A DNA stretch of 64,000 nt, from positions 1 to 64,000 of IMG/VR virus record IMGVR_UViG_2895442618_000001; one strand, written 5' to 3'. Source of the stretch: a virus (Duplodnaviria; Caudoviricetes). Every line of letters starts with the position of its first letter. Within the stretch, counting starts at the first letter, position 1. Made by a program: the position numbers and the translations under genes. Positions 26,801 to 35,924 of this stretch are shown here, in pieces. The notes beneath the pieces are model-generated. The model did not search any database. It had not been told where the DNA came from and saw only the letters and a program-made list of their open reading frames with translations.

Positions 26801-27930
26801 GCGACCTTGTCCTGCGTCTGCCGCAAGTTGTCGAGAGCGTCCTGGTACTCCTTGGTGCCCTTGACCCCAGCCGCGTTCGCTTCCGCGGTGTCCTTGCGGG
26901 CCCGCTGGGTCTTGACCTCTTGCTCACGGGCGCGCTGCTGCGCCATCTCCAGCGACAGCTGGGCGCGCTCGATCTCCAGCGCGGTCGCCTTCGGGTCTCC
27001 CTGCAGCTCGGCCAGCCGGGCTTCGGCCTCGCGGACCGCGAGGGCAGCGTCCTTCTGGCTGAGGATGGACCTCTCCAGCGAGAAGTTCATATCCTCCAAG
27101 GCCCTGCGCCCGGCCTCGCGCGCCCGGGTCAGGTCCTCTTGGGCGGCCCGCTCCTCGTTCTGCGCGTCCTTCAGCCGACGCTCAGCCTGCTCCAGCTGCA
27201 GCGCCTGCTGGGCGGCCTGAGCAGCACTCTGCCCGGCCCCGCCGGTCGCGCCCCCCGCCGCCTTGGCTGCCGTCTCCTGCGCCTTGAGTGCGTCGTTGAT
27301 CCGGCCCAGCGCGGGCACGGCGACGGCGCCGAAGGCCGCCGCCCCTGCCCCGGCTGCCGCGAACGCGCCGCCGAGAGCGGTCACGCCGACGGCGATCGTG
27401 GTGACTGCCGGAAGGGAAGCCAGCGCTCCGCCGATCAGCGCAATGTTGCGTAGCGCACCCGAAACGTCGGCGTCCACCCGCACGTCGGCCGTACGCCCGT
27501 TGACCCGGGAAATCTCGGCGTCGACCGCGCGGAGTTCCGCCAGCGCCTCACCGATGTCGGCGCGGATGTTGATGTCGGCCTCGTTGCGCTGAAGCTGCTC
27601 CAGTTCGCGTTCGATCTCGCGGATCTGCGTCATCGCGTCGGCCGCGGAGATGTCGATGCCGATCTTCTTGTCGCCGAGCGACTCCATCTGCGAACGCAGC
27701 TGCGCGAACTTAATTTCAGCGGCCGTCGAGTCCGCATCGATCTTGATTTTCGGGAGCGCCTTCGTGGCTGCTTCGAGGCGGCGGCGCATCCGGTCGGCCG
27801 ACGCGCCCGTCTCGGTCATCTGACGCGAAAGGTTCTGCGTCTCGCCCTTGGCTTCCCGCATCCCGGCGACGAATCCGGAGACGCGCGCCCTCAAGTTGAT
27901 CGAAATCGAGCGCTCGGCCACCCTGCTCAC
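23896..27930 (-). CDS. tape measure protein
   Basis: 1344 aa, Ala/Gly-rich and helical; follows the tail chaperones. Confidence 0.93.
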   Translation of the reverse strand: MSRVAERSISINLRARVSGFVAGMREAKGETQNLSRQMTETGASADRMRRRLEAATKALPKIKIDADSTAAEIKFAQLRSQMESLGDKKIGIDISAADAMTQIREIERELEQLQRNEADINIRADIGEALAELRAVDAEISRVNGRTADVRVDADVSGALRNIALIGGALASLPAVTTIAVGVTALGGAFAAAGAGAAAFGAVAVPALGRINDALKAQETAAKAAGGATGGAGQSAAQAAQQALQLEQAERRLKDAQNEERAAQEDLTRAREAGRRALEDMNFSLERSILSQKDAALAVREAEARLAELQGDPKATALEIERAQLSLEMAQQRAREQEVKTQRARKDTAEANAAGVKGTKEYQDALDNLRQTQDKVAQAEQQLKLLHLQQQAAMAGGGGAAAKLKDAFADLSKEEKELAKNIKSFKDEYIAWQRSLEPDVFPVINKGLDLMRLGLKEAGPLAKSASAGLLQFGQDAEAALRGQFWQAFLFDLNTNIPGAITTMGRIGIDTFTGFAGIIKAVLPYGMELLGNIEHLSDAFADWGAGLESNQQFHQFMADVKETAPEVWALIKDVAKALVSIGEAVAPLSTGAFSGLSLLAKIISGMDPERIQAIAIAIGAIKLASMGMNAAAAWQGLAGGISATGTAAGKAQGKVAAFGKAAVGVSAGVIGFELLGSAMNDLAGHSEGMGELTLALTELGQTGKWAGDLGEQWGGTFDDASKAAELFGDGLRELQDPSFGEMFWLHPLSELTAILPGIDSSVDILEQKFSDMDKVLAGMVTSGNADTAARAFQELAKQAQAQGIPVEKLNQLLPTYNQSLRVAGNAAAEAAAGVDKGKLAMDGFNSSLDAFSSRTDALTAMQNLKTAYNAAEQAINAANGKLQVSATMTDRQRDAVIQARQKFSEYITAVKGAADGAATLSGKTSDATLKILEQLPKLGDLAGKNSEAREQVLKLAEAYGISREDAEKAMKSAKDFQDVLNAFKNKQIYIKLGLDTTEAQESFERFVKKVGDRQLAVSLMAKQNMPARAGGIFAYARGGLQKFAAGGRSTPPNMATGPTILYGEGADQEAFIPYEDRYRDRAIGLLAQVANDFGLQLNNAQAAQGMADLSVTIDDSGLRIVDGLTGVMGSLQNTMGETGTLTSSISKVGSSADQLNQSWLAGSAIVGDTMTRLGTVTSDAVTVMTGSVTTSVDGLTSSVDALAAAVGAAKQAASSASSKSSSGKKDTKPGMVAGSGPKSSDGFREEYSVAGSYGLDGPGYVSTHESAFVTSRPVNYSQVSAPQQSAPAPSSSTPAERVHGSSGTWGRDGMAAGPAVVIQNQTVNNDVDANMFAESVAMKVRARGR

Positions 27931-27977
27931 CCCCGCCCGTCAGGTCACGAAATGAGCCGAATGGCGGCAATGAGGCG

Positions 27978-28217
27978 TTGGACCGTGGCATCATCGCCAC
28001 GGATCGGGGGATCTCACGAAGGGACTTCGAGATGCTCCGCAACAGCGACCACATGGCCGGCGGGCCCGGCGACCCGAAGACCGGCCGGGAATGGTGGAGC
28101 TACTTCAAAGGCTGGCCGCTACGCGTGGTGCTCTCGGTGCTCGCGTTCTTCTTGTTCGCGCTCGTCGTCACCGTGCTCGACCAGCACGTGTACTGGTTCC
28201 ACGCGCTGTTCAGGTGA
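27978..28217 (+). CDS. small membrane protein inserted antisense in the tail operon (moron)
   Basis: One TM; fills the gap between chaperone and tape measure genes. Confidence 0.6.
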   Translation: MDRGIIATDRGISRRDFEMLRNSDHMAGGPGDPKTGREWWSYFKGWPLRVVLSVLAFFLFALVVTVLDQHVYWFHALFR

Positions 28218-28635
28218 CCTGCTCGACGTGCCGCAACAAAGCCTCCGGCCGGACCGTCGGCTTCTTCGCACGCTCCTTGTCGTCCTTCAGCAACTCGTCG
28301 CACCCGTAGCAGCGCGCCGGATCCGGCACGTGGTAGCTGTGCACCGGTTCGCCGTCCCGCATCGCGGTCGTGTCGGCGAGCTGCAGCCCGCACCCGGGGC
28401 ATTTGCCCGCCACCCACCGCCGCCACGCCTGCGCCCACGACACGTCCTCGGGTAGCCAGCGCGGCTCCCACGTGGTCTCGCTGCGGACCAGCAGGCCGTC
28501 CTCGTCGTAGAAGTACTCCGTCGTCGCCTGTGTCTGGCGTCCCAGCAGTTCACTGCGTGGGACGCCCCACATGGCGGCTACTTCGAGTTCTTCCTGGAGT
28601 TCTGGAGAATCGCGGAGGCGGCGAAGGAGAAAGGG
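28210..28635 (-). CDS. tail assembly chaperone frameshift extension (gpGT-like C-terminus)
   Basis: -1 frame after C-CCT-TTC reads PFLLRRLRDSPELQEELEVAAMWGVPRSELLG. Confidence 0.8.
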   Translation of the reverse strand, partial: PFLLRRLRDSPELQEELEVAAMWGVPRSELLGRQTQATTEYFYDEDGLLVRSETTWEPRWLPEDVSWAQAWRRWVAGKCPGCGLQLADTTAMRDGEPVHSYHVPDPARCYGCDELLKDDKERAKKPTVRPEALLRHVEQVT

Positions 28636-29132
28636 ACATCCACATCCCGCTTGTTCACCGAGAACGCGGCGCCGACGAGGCTGTCCCACTGCGCCTGCGT
28701 GAGCACGTCAGCGATCTGACCCGCCTCGTCCGCGGTCATGGTGGGCTCGACCGCGCACGCAGCGACGAGGGCGACCGAGAACTGCTCCCAGTCGACCTCC
28801 GCGCCCTTCTCCTTGTCCTCGTCGGACGGAGGGCACGACGCCACCAGGTCGGAGTACTGCTTGCGGGGCAGGCCGCGGAACTTGAACACCGTGGTGTGCT
28901 CGCGCATCCGCTCCCGCAGCTCCATGATCTGCTGCGCGATCTGCGTCGCCATGGGATTCGCGCCGCCGGCCAGTGTCCCCTCGGCGGGCTGGTCCCGAGC
29001 GATCTGCAGGTCTCGTTCCAGGTCCTCGAACTCGGCCTGCAGATCACCTGCCAGGCAGATCTGGACTGTCTTCTCGGGGCGCTTGACCTGGCCGATGATG
29101 TCCGCGATCGCGGACGGTCGGGTCGAGGTCAT
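28578..29132 (-). CDS. tail assembly chaperone (gpG-like)
   Basis: Between major tail and tape measure genes; slippery site near its 3' end. Confidence 0.85.
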   Translation of the reverse strand: MTSTRPSAIADIIGQVKRPEKTVQICLAGDLQAEFEDLERDLQIARDQPAEGTLAGGANPMATQIAQQIMELRERMREHTTVFKFRGLPRKQYSDLVASCPPSDEDKEKGAEVDWEQFSVALVAACAVEPTMTADEAGQIADVLTQAQWDSLVGAAFSVNKRDVDVPFSFAASAILQNSRKNSK

Positions 29133-29617
29133 GCCGCCACCGTGGATTCGACGCTGTACGTGCCGGAGGCGTACAGCTTGAGCTGGACCTTCTCGTAGCT
29201 CTCCCGCTCGGGGGCGAGCGGGCGGCGCTCGCCGCAGGTCACCTCGTACACCTCGACCTTCTGGTCTGCGGCGTACGCGGTCGACGCCGTGACGCCTCGC
29301 CGCACCACCAGGAATCCCGCGGTGCCGCGGGTCATGACGGACCACATGCGGTCCGCGGCGGTGGTCGAGTCGCGGTAGTAGGTGAGCTCGATCTGCGCCT
29401 TCGACCGGCCCGGCGACTCGAAGTCCTGCGTACTCGCCAGAACGTTGCCCTCAACGGTGCCCTCATCGAAGGAGATGTCGAGACCATCGTCAGTGACGGT
29501 GTTCTCCAGGGCGACGATGCCAGAGTCGGTGAGCTCGGCGACCGTGGGCGCGGTGATGGACGAGATGGTGGGCACGAACGTGGCCTTGGTGTTGCCGTCG
29601 GTAAGCCGCTTAGCCAC
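29129..29617 (-). CDS. major tail protein
   Basis: FVPTISSITAPTVAEL...GFLVVRRG...YAADQKVEVY. Confidence 0.85.
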   Translation of the reverse strand: MAKRLTDGNTKATFVPTISSITAPTVAELTDSGIVALENTVTDDGLDISFDEGTVEGNVLASTQDFESPGRSKAQIELTYYRDSTTAADRMWSVMTRGTAGFLVVRRGVTASTAYAADQKVEVYEVTCGERRPLAPERESYEKVQLKLYASGTYSVESTVAA

Positions 29618-29834
29618 CGGGCTGCTCCTTCACATCCTGGGCAGCCCGAGCCGCCCTCTGGGTGGACTTGGGGGCGCCGGTCTTGTCCGGCGATTGCGCA
29701 GGCGACTCGTCCTGCTGAGAGGGGGCCGGTTCGGGGAGGATCGTGTAGCCCTCGCGGTGCTCCCAGAACTTGCGCGCGGTCGCGTCGATCTCGAACTCGT
29801 TGCCGTACGGGTCGCGAATCGTGAGCGTCGCCAT
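29610..29834 (-). CDS. small structural-region protein
   Basis: Coupled ORF with a low-complexity tail. Confidence 0.6.
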   Translation of the reverse strand: MATLTIRDPYGNEFEIDATARKFWEHREGYTILPEPAPSQQDESPAQSPDKTGAPKSTQRAARAAQDVKEQPGG

Positions 29835-29838
29835 GGGC

Positions 29839-30165
29839 TCAGATCCGCTCAACGGTGAAGGTCACGGACGTGGTGGACTCCCACCCGAGCGCGATCAGCC
29901 CATCAGTGGGGCTGATGTACTCGTTGAAGCTGAGCGGGATGACCTTCGTCGCGGCGGCCGCGATCGTGATCACCTTGTCGGGCAGGTCGCTGCCGTACGC
30001 GGACGTGCCGTGGACGGTGATCGTCAGGTCCACGTCGGCGCCGGCGCCGTTGGTGACGCGGAGGATGACATTCCTGTCGGGGGTGATCTTGTCGCCGGAG
30101 GCTGCGGTACGAGACGTCGCGACCAGGCCATCGGTCGTGATCGCCTGCGCGGAGTAGGTAGCCAT
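29839..30165 (-). CDS. virion structural protein (capsid-decoration-like)
   Basis: 108-aa beta protein; GAGGAG RBS. Confidence 0.65.
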   Translation of the reverse strand: MATYSAQAITTDGLVATSRTAASGDKITPDRNVILRVTNGAGADVDLTITVHGTSAYGSDLPDKVITIAAAATKVIPLSFNEYISPTDGLIALGWESTTSVTFTVERI

Positions 30166-30186
30166 GCGGGCTCTCCTCAGGGCATG

Positions 30187-30208
30187 AAAAAAGCCCGCCG
30201 TGGCGGGC
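30187..30208 (-). terminator. intrinsic terminator/attenuator
   Basis: GCCCGCC-AC-GGCGGGC-TTTTTT on the minus strand. Confidence 0.7.
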
Positions 30209-30227
30209 CGAATGGATCAGAAGAGGG

Positions 30228-30638
30228 TCAGGTGGGGTCTGACCTGGTCAGGTATTGGGCGGTGGCGAAGAACAGCGCAGTTCCGTCGTCCTCGCGGCGA
30301 ACGGGCTGCGAGCCTTCCTCGATCGCGGGCCACACCCGGCGCCCCGAAACCGTGGCGACGGTGCCCAGGACGGCAGCGGCCATCTTGTCCGCCACCCACG
30401 CGGCCTGATCACGCGTCGCACCGACGGACGTGATCTGGTAGCGCAGCTCGTTCGGGCCGTCGTTGGTGAGGTCGCGGTGGAAGCCCGACTTCATCCCGGT
30501 GTCGAAGTACGCCACCGCGTAGGGGGGCTCGGCGTCAGGCGATGCCTGAGCATCGTGGATCTTCAAGGTGTCCGGCACGGCCGCCCGCCAGGAGGCCAGA
30601 AGGGCATCTACGAGCGGCCTGGAGGGAAGCGGCGTCAC
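30228..30638 (-). CDS. tail terminator (DUF3168-like)
   Basis: PPYAVAY...YQITSVGATRDQAAWVAD. Confidence 0.75.
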   Translation of the reverse strand: MTPLPSRPLVDALLASWRAAVPDTLKIHDAQASPDAEPPYAVAYFDTGMKSGFHRDLTNDGPNELRYQITSVGATRDQAAWVADKMAAAVLGTVATVSGRRVWPAIEEGSQPVRREDDGTALFFATAQYLTRSDPT

Positions 30639-31021
30639 AGGAGGCTCCGCACGATCTCATCCAGGCTCTTGTAGAACTTCGGCTCCTCCGCAACGGCTGC
30701 GCGGGCGCCATCCCAGTGGGGCGGCTGGTTACGGCTGCCATGCTCGAAACCTGGCCCCATCCCGCCCTGAGGCATCATCGACTCAGGGCCGACCGTCCAC
30801 TCGATCGCTTCCGCGGCAGGAACCTGCTCCGTCGTGATCGTCTTCGGATACCGTTTGCCGTGCTTGCGCGCGGTCTCCTTGGCGTTCTTCCGCCACTGGT
30901 CACGCAACGCCTCTGCGTGCCGCTCAACCACCGGGTAGGTCTTGCTGGCAGCCTCATGTTCGGCGTTGTCGAGGTACTGGACGAGGTCAAGAAGTTCCGA
31001 GCCGTCAATGTCGGCCATCAC
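30635..31021 (-). CDS. HK97 gp10-like tail component
   Basis: GFEHGSRNQPPH motif and position. Confidence 0.7.
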   Translation of the reverse strand: MMADIDGSELLDLVQYLDNAEHEAASKTYPVVERHAEALRDQWRKNAKETARKHGKRYPKTITTEQVPAAEAIEWTVGPESMMPQGGMGPGFEHGSRNQPPHWDGARAAVAEEPKFYKSLDEIVRSLL

Positions 31022-31428
31022 CCCTCCTTGTCCTCCACGAGCAGCCGCCTGGCGGTCGCGGTTCCGGCGAGGGAGATGTCAATGACTTCGAGGTGCCGCC
31101 CGATCAGCCATGTGTCGTCGGACGCTGTGACGGTCAGACGGTCCTCTCGGGCGATCACCTCTGTGGTGTCCCACGGGAGTACGGCGGTGTACTGGTGCAG
31201 GGTGACTTCACGCTCGCCCCACTCGGTTTCACGGCCCGCGCCTTGTCCTGCCCGGCCGCCGGACTTGACCCGGCACACGCCCGTGTAGACCGTGGTCCAC
31301 GCCTGTTCGAGCTGCCCGGTCTCGTCGTTGAGCACCGGGTCGCCGTCTTTGCGTTCCACCGTGCAGGTGTCGCGCATCAGCATGAGCGCCGCCGTCCGGC
31401 CCCGGGCGAGCACCCCTGAGACGCTCAC
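31018..31428 (-). CDS. head-closure protein (DUF6093-like)
   Basis: LARGRTAALMLMRDTCTVER...VYTGVCRV...TARR. Confidence 0.8.
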   Translation of the reverse strand: MSVSGVLARGRTAALMLMRDTCTVERKDGDPVLNDETGQLEQAWTTVYTGVCRVKSGGRAGQGAGRETEWGEREVTLHQYTAVLPWDTTEVIAREDRLTVTASDDTWLIGRHLEVIDISLAGTATARRLLVEDKEG

Positions 31429-31997
31429 CGCGGCCTCACCACGTACGCACCCGGAGCAGACCCGAGGAATCCGGCCAGAGACGCGCACTCGCCAGGGAGC
31501 AGCCCGGACGCCGTCTCCACCGCTTCGGCCGCGTACGTCACCGAGTAGTCGTCGATCGACTCGGACCGGATTCCTGCTTCCATGCCGGCGGCGTCGTCCG
31601 TTGCGGACAGCCGTACAGCGACGGAGCAGACCAACTCCAGCAGTTCGTCCGGGATGGTGGTGAACCCGTGCGTGTAGGTGACGTTGACGTCTCCGCACCA
31701 CAGCGGGATGCAGTGGATGCGCTCCATGCCGTCCCACCGCCACCCGGAGAGCGTGTCCCCGCCGTCCTCCGCGAGCCGGGCCACGGTGGACACGGCGGTG
31801 ATCGGCCCGCCCGGGAGCAGGACCTTCCCGCCGTCCACACGCCGGCGCACAGTCGAGGTGGTGGAGGAGATGGGGCGGCCCGCTTCCCGCCGCAGCCGGG
31901 CGGAGGCGCGGGCCAGGAACTCCATCTCCCTGCCGTCAGGCAGGGTGTAGCCGAGCCTGGCGGCGTCAGCAGGGGATGCGAGCGGAAGCGGTGGCAT
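31425..31997 (-). CDS. head-tail adaptor
   Basis: LASPADAA...VTYTHGF...RSESIDDYSVTY. Confidence 0.8.
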   Translation of the reverse strand: MPPLPLASPADAARLGYTLPDGREMEFLARASARLRREAGRPISSTTSTVRRRVDGGKVLLPGGPITAVSTVARLAEDGGDTLSGWRWDGMERIHCIPLWCGDVNVTYTHGFTTIPDELLELVCSVAVRLSATDDAAGMEAGIRSESIDDYSVTYAAEAVETASGLLPGECASLAGFLGSAPGAYVVRPR

Positions 31998-32026
31998 GAC
32001 GCCTCCTCAGGATGAAGTCCGCTCGA

Positions 32027-32629
32027 TCAGGTCGCGACAACACGCGGCACGTTGACGACCGCCGTCGGGGTGGCGATTGTGGCTGGGGCGGTGGTCGTCA
32101 GCGACGAGCCCGAGGTCTGGGCGATGATCTTTTCGCCCGTGAACCATCCTGCGGACGCGCCAGCGATGCCGAGGCTCGCGCCGACCAGGGACGGCAGGTC
32201 GGTCGCCTTGACCATGATTCCGGCGTAATGGACTCCGGTCTCTTCGATGGTCTGCGCGCTGGACAGCGCCAGCGTCTTCACGGTGTTCGCCGCCCAGGCC
32301 GTGGTGGTCTGGTCCGCGGTCTGGGCCAGGAGCGCGCCCTCGGTGTCGTACAGGGCGAACCACCAGTTGGTAGGCGTGTCCGCCGCAGTCGCACCTGACT
32401 TGAAGGTGAGGTTGGTGACGACATCACCGGCGCGCAGGTAGAGGGCCACCGACAGCATCACCTGCGTGGTCAGCGGGTCCAGATCGGTGTCGCAGGCGCG
32501 GCGCGACAGGTTCGCCCGGTACAGGTCGCCCGAGGTGAAGTCCACGCCGGGCTCGCCCTGGTAGAGGTCGTCGGCGTAGTAGCCGAAGTCGTCACGGAGG
32601 ATGCCGGTATAGCGGCCGTGAACCGTCAC
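32027..32629 (-). CDS. structural-region beta protein
   Basis: Coupled ORF in the head module. Confidence 0.65.
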   Translation of the reverse strand: MTVHGRYTGILRDDFGYYADDLYQGEPGVDFTSGDLYRANLSRRACDTDLDPLTTQVMLSVALYLRAGDVVTNLTFKSGATAADTPTNWWFALYDTEGALLAQTADQTTTAWAANTVKTLALSSAQTIEETGVHYAGIMVKATDLPSLVGASLGIAGASAGWFTGEKIIAQTSGSSLTTTAPATIATPTAVVNVPRVVAT

Positions 32630-32988
32630 TGCTCGCTCTCCTTCTCGTGCTTGTCGATGAGGTCGAGCAACTCGACCCGGGTCTTGGCGTCGGCGTCGTC
32701 CTTGGTCATGCCGAGTTCAGCGACCGCGTAGGCGACGAGGGTGTCCTTGTTGGCGTTCTTGCCGGGCCGCTGCGAGCCTTCCGACTGGTCGGCGACCTGC
32801 TCGGGCGCTTCGACCGGCGGCTCGGTGTGCGCTGGCGCCACGGCGTCCACTCGGTAGCCCTTACGGCGGAAGTAGGCGACTGCGCGCACGTTGGCCGCGT
32901 CGTCCACTTCGGCGGATCCGTTGGCGAACGCCACGCCCGCGACTTCGCCAGTGAAGCCGCGGACGGGAGTCGTGATCCGATAACGCAT
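32626..32988 (-). CDS. hypothetical head-region protein with C-terminal HeH-like motif
   Basis: KNANKDTLVAYA...KTRVELL. Confidence 0.65.
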   Translation of the reverse strand: MRYRITTPVRGFTGEVAGVAFANGSAEVDDAANVRAVAYFRRKGYRVDAVAPAHTEPPVEAPEQVADQSEGSQRPGKNANKDTLVAYAVAELGMTKDDADAKTRVELLDLIDKHEKESEQ

Positions 32989-32990
32989 CG

Positions 32991-34055
32991 TTACTGCACC
33001 TTCACGTTGCGGAGCACACCGCACGCCTTGGTCGACCGCAGCACAGCCGCCAGGGGCCCCATCTCGACCTCACCCGACTTGACCGCGCCAGCGCGGTCGT
33101 AGTCCGGCATCCACGTCTGCAGCAGAGGGATACCGGCCGGGCTCGCGGCGTGGAAGGCGTCCAGGCCGAACGAAACGGCGTACAGGTCGGTCAGGCCGGC
33201 GATGCTGCCGCCACCACCGCTGCCGTCAGCGTCGCGGCTCTCGATCGGGATGATCGGGCTGGAGCCGTCCACCCGGTCGCCGATGTCGACCAGCGTCCAC
33301 GGACCGTACATCTCGATGTGACGGCCCAGGTCGTCCTGGGTGGCGGTGTAGGCGCCCGCCCGCCGGGCCAGAGCCCGCACGCGGGTGATCGACTGAGTGT
33401 TGCCCAGAATCGCCTTCACACCGGGCGGCAGCGCGCCGGGCTGGTTGAGGTCGCCGCCGCCGACGCGGGACGGAACGATCCGGGACAGAAAGTCGTCCAG
33501 GTAGTCCAGCGCCGTCATCGCCTTGTCCTGGTCGTTGACGGTGGAGATCGTCCAGTCCAGGTAGCCAGCGGTGACGCTGTTGTCGTTCGGGTCCCACTCG
33601 GTGTCCGTACCAGTGAGGATCTTGTCCAGGCCGTCGAAGCCGCGGTCATCCACAGCGGTGTCGCCCCGGATCAGCTCCTGCTGGAACCGCATGCGCACCG
33701 AGGTGAGCAGCTCGTTCATCTGGAACGTGATCTCGTTCGTGGCCGCCGGGCCAAGGTTGGAGAACACGCGGTCCAGGGTGAACGCGCCACCGAGCGGCTT
33801 CAGGTCCACCGAATACCGCTGCCGGGTGGCCGCAGCAGCCGTGTACTCGGTGTTGTAGTCGCGGAAACCCGCCTGGCGCGGCGTGGTCAGCCGCGTGTAA
33901 CCGTAGGTCAGGGTGCCGCCGCCGGTGCCAGGGGTGGCGACGTTGTCGAACACCATCTGGTCGGCGAGCCACGAGTACCGGCGCAGCGAGTCGATCACGC
34001 TGAAGTCGACGTCGGTCTGCGTGTTGACCTGCGCCTGAGCAAGGGTGACAGGCAT
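32991..34055 (-). CDS. major capsid protein
   Basis: 354 aa after the scaffold; TYGYTRL...LKPLGGAF..DR...GFDGLDK. Confidence 0.85.
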   Translation of the reverse strand: MPVTLAQAQVNTQTDVDFSVIDSLRRYSWLADQMVFDNVATPGTGGGTLTYGYTRLTTPRQAGFRDYNTEYTAAAATRQRYSVDLKPLGGAFTLDRVFSNLGPAATNEITFQMNELLTSVRMRFQQELIRGDTAVDDRGFDGLDKILTGTDTEWDPNDNSVTAGYLDWTISTVNDQDKAMTALDYLDDFLSRIVPSRVGGGDLNQPGALPPGVKAILGNTQSITRVRALARRAGAYTATQDDLGRHIEMYGPWTLVDIGDRVDGSSPIIPIESRDADGSGGGGSIAGLTDLYAVSFGLDAFHAASPAGIPLLQTWMPDYDRAGAVKSGEVEMGPLAAVLRSTKACGVLRNVKVQ

Positions 34056-34064
34056 TCAGTTCTC

Positions 34065-34859
34065 CTATTTCTTGTCGTAATGCCTGGTGATCGCTTCACC
34101 GAGGCTCTTGGGACGGGCGGGCTTGACCGGCTTTGCGCCGCCGTCGCCCGAGCCCTTGAACCGCTTGCGTTCGCCTTGCGCGGGCACAGCCAGATAGGGC
34201 TTCTTCTCCAGCAGGTCGGCGATCGCGTCGTCGATCTGCTCGGTGTCGACGTTGCCGTCGGCATCCACCTCGAACTTGGAAAGATCGAGAAACTTGAGGG
34301 CGTCCACCGGGTCGGACAGCTTGCCCGCGGCGGACGCTCGTACTTCGGCCTTGATGATCCGTTCGTTGGCCTTGGCCGTCGCCTTCGCGTCGGCCTCCCG
34401 CTGAATCTCCTCCGGATCGATGTCCGGCTCGTCGTCGGCGGGCTTCTCCTCCGGCTTCGCCACCTTGGCCTTGGCGCGCTCAGCAGCCCGGCGCAGCTTC
34501 GCCAACTCCGCTTCCGCGGCGTCGGCTCGCGCCTTCTCGGCGCGGGCACGCTCGGCGGCCTGCTTGCGCTTCTCCTTCTCGGCCAGGTACGCCTTCTCAC
34601 CGGCCGGACCGAGGGGCTTGTCCTCGTCGTCGGGCTTGTCGGGCTTGTCGTCCTTGGCGTCGTCGCTCTCGCCCGAGTCGCCGTCTTCGGCGTCGTCGTC
34701 CTGGCCTTCGTCGGCCTTCGCGTCGTCCTCGGTGGCGACGTCGTCATCGTCGTCTTCCGCCCCGCCCAGAACGGGCCAGATGGGCTTCCCGTTGCGGAGC
34801 AGCCCAATGGCCTGAAGGCCGGTACGAGGGTGGAAAGGAAGCTCGGTTTCGAGCGTCAT
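34065..34859 (-). CDS. capsid scaffolding protein
   Basis: Acidic N-terminus, LGPAGEKA coiled coil, LLEKKPYLA. Confidence 0.85.
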   Translation of the reverse strand: MTLETELPFHPRTGLQAIGLLRNGKPIWPVLGGAEDDDDDVATEDDAKADEGQDDDAEDGDSGESDDAKDDKPDKPDDEDKPLGPAGEKAYLAEKEKRKQAAERARAEKARADAAEAELAKLRRAAERAKAKVAKPEEKPADDEPDIDPEEIQREADAKATAKANERIIKAEVRASAAGKLSDPVDALKFLDLSKFEVDADGNVDTEQIDDAIADLLEKKPYLAVPAQGERKRFKGSGDGGAKPVKPARPKSLGEAITRHYDKK

Positions 34860-34952
34860 GCATGTCTCCCGGAAGGGACGGCCCTGGCGTTGCGCGAGGG
34901 CATGCGGAATCACCGGTGACGCGTTGCGCGTACCGGCAGGTGGGGGAAGGGG

Positions 34953-35921
34953 TCAGGAGGTACGAGTCAGATAGCCGAACCGTTCGAGCAGGCGGATCGC
35001 CTCATCGCGGTCGCCGCCCGCGTCCGCCAAGAGCTGCTCGGGCATGGGCCTCGGGATCGTGGAGCGGCGGTAGCGTTCGCCCGGGAGGCGGACGTACTTG
35101 CCGAGCCGCCGGCCGGCCACCCCTCGTACGGTGGTGCCCTCGGTGGTGATCAGCTTCCCGCCCGCGGTCTGCATGCCGCGGCGAGCGTTGACGATCTGCC
35201 CCATGTCGGCGCCGAGCCTGATCGCCTCAGCTCCGGCTTTCCCGAATCGGCGGTCCTGTTCCTCGGCGGACATCTGCTCGAACAGGTCCATCGGCGACGG
35301 AATGTCTACATCGTCGCCGGTCACAGGCATCATGCCGCAGTCACACGCGGGGTGCCGGGCGAACCCCGTGGAGTGAGAATAGGTGCGCCCGGCCAGGATG
35401 ATGCACCTGGAACAGGCCGGCAGATCGACCACTCGCACGTACATCACCCACGCGCGGTTCGCGGTCATGCCCACCTCAACAGCGCCACGGCCTGCGTCCG
35501 CGGCCTGCGTCGCGGCAATCATCGCCACGTGCGCAGTCGCCTGCCTCATCGCCTCCTCGGGGCTCACCCCCGCCACCAAGAGGCGTTTGAACAGCACGAT
35601 CGGCTGATACAGGAGGCTCTCCAGCGGGCGGCCATCCGAGGCGATCCCCGAGAACGCCGCAGCGACCGGTTCCAGACCCGACGGCGGCACCCCCTGAGCG
35701 GCGGCCAGCGCCTGCAGGTAGCCAGGCGCGAGCGCCGCAGCCTCCAACTGGGCTCTGGCCATCGTCTCAACGATGGACGGCCCCACGCCTGACTGCCACG
35801 ACTCGGTGAGCCGCTCCTGGTCAAGCCGCCGCCACAGTCCGAGGATCGCCGCGATCGCGGCCAAGACGATGCTCTTCTGCCGCTGCTGGTACGCCCGGGC
35901 GATCTCCTCCGGCGCCGCCAT
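34953..35921 (-). CDS. minor capsid/head morphogenesis protein
   Basis: ACSRCIILAG...FARHPACDC; between portal and scaffold. Confidence 0.85.
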   Translation of the reverse strand: MAAPEEIARAYQQRQKSIVLAAIAAILGLWRRLDQERLTESWQSGVGPSIVETMARAQLEAAALAPGYLQALAAAQGVPPSGLEPVAAAFSGIASDGRPLESLLYQPIVLFKRLLVAGVSPEEAMRQATAHVAMIAATQAADAGRGAVEVGMTANRAWVMYVRVVDLPACSRCIILAGRTYSHSTGFARHPACDCGMMPVTGDDVDIPSPMDLFEQMSAEEQDRRFGKAGAEAIRLGADMGQIVNARRGMQTAGGKLITTEGTTVRGVAGRRLGKYVRLPGERYRRSTIPRPMPEQLLADAGGDRDEAIRLLERFGYLTRTS

Positions 35922-35924
35922 CGG

